DNA of 64,000 bases from an uncultured Methanosarcinales archaeon (GTDB taxonomy: Archaea; Halobacteriota; Methanosarcinia; Methanotrichales; Methanotrichaceae). Positions 60,067 through 64,000 of the stretch are shown piece by piece. Both the position numbers and the translations under genes were made by a program. How positions within the stretch are numbered: position 1 is the stretch's first letter; every line of letters starts with the position of its first letter. A model generated the notes under the pieces. That model had not been told where the DNA came from. It was given only the letters and a program-made list of their open reading frames with translations, and searched no databases. The stretch covers positions 267,802 through 331,801 of the forward strand of contig CAWJKV010000002.1 in the NCBI GenBank assembly GCA_963843555.1, written 5' to 3'.

Positions 60067-63000
60067 GATCAAGATAGGCTTTAAATCTCCTGAAGCAGTC
60101 TCAATAAAAGCATAAATGCTATCTCCTTCGCTCACAGGATTGAGTTTATAGAAAGTTGAGGTCTTACCGGCAGTCAAGGTTCCATTTAACTCTTGGACAG
60201 CGTGGCCCTCTCAGAGAGGTTTTTCTCCAGCAGGGCAATTCCTTTTCTATTGGCAATAGCCTGGCCGGTAAGCACTTTGGGGTCATTTACACCGACCTGC
60301 CTGCCTCAAGGGACTGCTTCAGACAAGGAACTGGTAGTCGCCACTGTCTGGCACTTGAAATTTAACTACAGCATCGTATCCGTTTCCCCCGTCATCGTTC
60401 CAGGCGAGGAAGAATTTCTCAGCAGTATCAGGAATGGCTTCAAGAGGATCGCGACCCTCTTCAATGGCCCTGCTAATTTCCTCTTCAAAATCTCTGCCTA
60501 ATACGCTGGCGTTCACGCTGGAATTGCCCAGGGCCACAAAAGGATCGAAATTGCCTGAAATCCTGCTTGCATAAAGATAGAGCCAATCCCCCTGCTGAAG
60601 GTTAGGAACTGTATAAAAATTTACTAGCCCGGGATCTATACGCCCCTGCAAATCTTCAACCGAACTGGAGGAAAGAGCCAGAATGGTCCTATATATCCAG
60701 AAAATATTGGACAATTAACAGGACATAATAAGTCACTTATACAACAGCAGGAGTGATTGCTTTGTTGGTTCATTCGAGACCTCTCGATGGATACAGCACC
60801 TTTAAGCCGATAATTTTTTCAAATTGTATCTGGAATTTGTTGCAAGACTATCATTAAATCCAATCATAATAAATTTACAGAGTATTTTGAGCATTTTGCC
60901 AGTTCTAACCTTGTCTGAATAATTCCTTAAAAATCTATGCTGCAAAATGCAAGAAAAAGGATGGAGCGAAAAACGGTCCACGATCAAGCACCACTATCAA
61001 ATGGAATTGCATAAGGAAAATTAGCTATTAGCCAGTGATAAACAGAATTCGGATTCAAGATCGTTCTTCAAGTCTCATAAGCACCTTTCTCGCAAAGCCT
61101 ATTGTCTGACCTCATAGCGCAGCCACATCATCACATCTCCCTTAAGCTTCTCTGCAGCAATGAGTCTGAGTGGGATCGTGCCTTCTGCCCCCTTTCCAAT
61201 GGCTATATCGGCATCAATCGCAGCTCGCACCGCAGCCGGCAGGTCTGGAGCGCAAAGAGGTGCTCTTACCGTCTCTCCCCCTACAAGGCTGGGATAGATG
61301 AGCACGCTCCTCGCTCCACCAGCCCCTGGCGGAGGAGCAGGCCAGTTCAATGTGTCCCATCCACCCGCACCACCCTCACCAAGCATAGCGAGAGTATGCT
61401 TCCTCCAGGGCCATCCTCAGATCCACGTGAGGATCCTCGCCGGCGAGCTGTCAGTCAATATGCCTCTGTTTGAGGTAGTCGAGACAATCCTGGGGCGTTG
61501 ACTTTGAGCACAGGGCCACAAAATGGCGCCAGTAGGGCAGAGATCTCAGATAATGCCAGGTGCGTATGCGCCCGCGGTCTGCTGTTCGGGATGACCAGGA
61601 TCGCTCTGTGGTCGCACGGATCCGTTTCTGGCGGGATAAAAGCGCTCTCAGTGTGGCATCCTCCCAGGAGGCCACTGAGCGTAGTATTGAGCCAGGTCTA
61701 TTGGAAAGCCGTCTATACTGCCGTCCAAGCAGACAGCCGTTGTGCAGAATCACACGGGGCAGCATGAGATCAACCACTCTCGCTCCTCTGTTTGGGATGG
61801 GTTAAATTCTTAAGATACAATGTTTTTCTGAATGTTAAAGGATGGTCAGATATTAGGCTTATACGCAGATTGCTGCATCAAGTATCTAACTGAAAGCCAC
61901 TCCTCGCGGCTGATCTCTCCTTCCTTCAAGATCTGCGCTAATAGCCCAACACTAAAAATCCTGGCCGTGATGAGGATTGGGAATGGTCTAGCATTGTGCT
62001 CCGCCCTTCAGAGTTCCTAAATCATATAGGAATGGCATGATCCCCAGATCCTCGAAGCTCGGATAACTTCTTGTAAAACAGGAAGGAGTCTAGACAACTG
62101 CTATCGCTCGCAGAGACCTCAATAGCAACGCCATATCTATGGAAGGAATTGTATCGCCCATTCTTAGCCGTAGTGCTATCCATACTTCGATAACTTCGAT
62201 AAGATCCTGGCGGCACTCTTCAATGCTGTCACCGATGGCAATCAGGCCCTGTAGGCCCTCTACGGTGGACATGTATGTACCATCTTCAAGGATCTCGTAT
62301 TTCGCATGTCCGAACTGGCCTAAAAAATGACAAACATACCAATCTCCTATTCACGCCTGTTTAGATTTAACTCTTTCTTGTCTTACCTTATTTGAACGTT
62401 CAAATGATTATGGTATCTATCTTATGCTTGCAGGGACAACATTTTCGCACATTCTTCCGGGGCTGTCGGCCTGCCGGTTGCCTGGGCGTCGCTCAAGGCT
62501 GCGACAGGCCCTGGCAGTCAGACGACCCAGCTGTGCCATGTTTAGCCGCACTAGCAAAGATGAGTGGATTAGGATTTGTTGAAGAAGTCTAATGGAAGAT
62601 GCAGCAAGAGGAATGCATGTGGATGTGAGAGGCAATGGCCGCCAAATTGCGGCGGCGGCGCACCTGCGCAACGACCTCGAGACGTGCAGGGCGTCGCCTC
62701 CGTTTGAGCACGCAAATTCCGTATGGTGTTAGGGAGCCTCTTGAAATAGGCTTCCGGTAAGGTCTAGAGAAGTTCATTTTTCGCCAGTACACACCCACCC
62801 CGTTCCACCCTAGCACACGGTTCTTTAGAGCACTAAATATAATTCGGGTGTCCTCTGTTACTACCTCTTTTCCTCTTCTCCGCCCTGCCGGTCGTGTCCC
62901 AGAAACTCCACCAGCTTGTCTACCACTTTAGCAAAAATAGCATCCGTCTCCCCATGCCTCTTGGGAGGTTCCTCATCGCCAGGTTCTTTGGGTAGGATTC

Positions 63001-64000
63001 CGCCCATGGCCATGAGGGCATCGTAGATCAGCTTGTACTGCTCGACTCTAGGTCCTTCATGAAGTTGGAGAACTTGGAATTGATCCTGAACTCCCTCAGC
63101 GCCTCGATATTGATGGTAGCGGCGCATAGCCATCGCCGGCAAGGCGCACTCGTGCATTATCCTTCCGGTATAGTCTCCGGGCTCGGCCGTGTAGTGCGGA
63201 TCTACCAACCAGGGCGCGGCGTGATAGGCACCCAGGTTGGGAGCAAGGCAATAGCAGGTGTTGTGAATGGCATGGGCTCTGTTCTGAACTACCCACAGTA
63301 TCCGAGCCGGGTCCCACCCAGTTGGGTAGGCGGGTCGGTCATCGATCTCAGCACCGTTGACTGCCAGGGTCTCTCCGGCTTCAGGATAGCTACCCTCCAT
63401 GCAGATCAGAGTACCCTATCTCCGTCTTGCATACCGGAAATAGAGCTCTGAGCAGCTTTATTGGATCGTCTCCGTTAAGCTCGACGAATCGGTCCCAGAT
63501 ATCATGAGGACAGGTGGAATACTCTCCCTCTGGAAGACAGAGGTCTTATGGTGCTTGTGTATAACCCTCCCTTTGGGATCGATTATGAAGACCATGTTGA
63601 AGAAACGGTCTCCTTCAGGTCATAGCTCCAGGTCTCTGGCCTTTGACTGGCCTATGAGGTAGATATTGTGCTGCTTGCAGACCTCTCCCAACAGATCAGT
63701 CTCTTCGCCGGATCTCTATGTAGAGCTCTTTCGCTGCCTTGATGTGCTCATAGTCGAAGACCTCATCCGTGAGACCCATTGAGACCCCCTTCACTCGTGC
63801 CACGAGCTTCACCGGGGCTTCGAGCTCGCTCAGCCAAATGGCCGCACCTATCGATACGAGACTTCTGGCCTATATTTCTCTTTATATCGGATCGATTCTG
63901 GATGCCCCAGAAGGTGTTCTGCACAGCCAGCGCTTCGTATTGCCGTACCATCGTCATTCCTCTAGCGTTTCGAATGCTAGGTAGATGATCATTATTGATA
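60067..64000 (-). repeat. error-rich inverted copy of ~55980-60063 (fold-back arm)
   Basis: Centre GCCTATCTTGATC-CAA-GATCAAGATAGGC at 60051-60079; mirrored, frameshifted copies of the channel gene, RibD, HicBA, repeat C and nitrilase. Confidence 0.95.

Noticed and set aside
60051..60079. Hairpin telomere of a linear replicon
   Set aside because: It cuts a gene mid-frame, there is no protelomerase nearby, the context is chromosomal housekeeping DNA, and only one arm is degraded.
60156..63988. ORFs in the right arm as independent genes or pseudogenes
   Set aside because: All are broken mirror images of 55980-60063.
1..64000. CRISPR array or cas genes
   Set aside because: No regularly spaced identical 25-40 bp repeats and no cas-like ORFs were seen.

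Overview
A 64 kb stretch of archaeal chromosome. Gene content and style point to a methanogen, most likely Methanothrix/Methanosaeta (inference). Core genes include a partial tRNA-Ala(CGC), EF-1beta, a Zn-ribbon protein, gltX, DGGGP synthase, D-aminoacyl-tRNA deacylase, purB, an acyl-CoA synthetase and an orphan NfnA-like gene. There is a nitrogen-assimilation cluster (glnA, split glutamate synthase gltB1-B2-B3, an FdhF-like molybdoenzyme and ferredoxins) and three large PAS hybrid histidine kinases, two of which follow NMT1/SsuA-type binding proteins that have no transporter. Accessory patches hold a complete IS1-family element with an 8-bp target duplication, TA pairs (TumE/TumA-like, two HicBA), an ABC-ATPase + TOPRIM cassette, a pentapeptide/TIR-like gene, a cupredoxin-sugar-dehydrogenase lipoprotein, a nitrilase and a DeCLIC-like ion-channel N-terminus. 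Two kinds of structure are not explained by the gene list. First, accessory cassettes are separated by decayed, diverged copies of the ends of the adjacent core genes (DGGGP synthase 3' end, purB 5' end). Second, a GC-rich, hairpin-forming dispersed repeat occurs three times between accessory genes at 54-57.6 kb. Data-quality caveats: about 14 single-base frameshifts in otherwise intact genes, and 60067-64000 is an error-rich reverse-complement copy of ~55980-60063, most likely a long-read fold-back artifact. All assignments come from reading the sequence and recalling motifs; no database searches were run.
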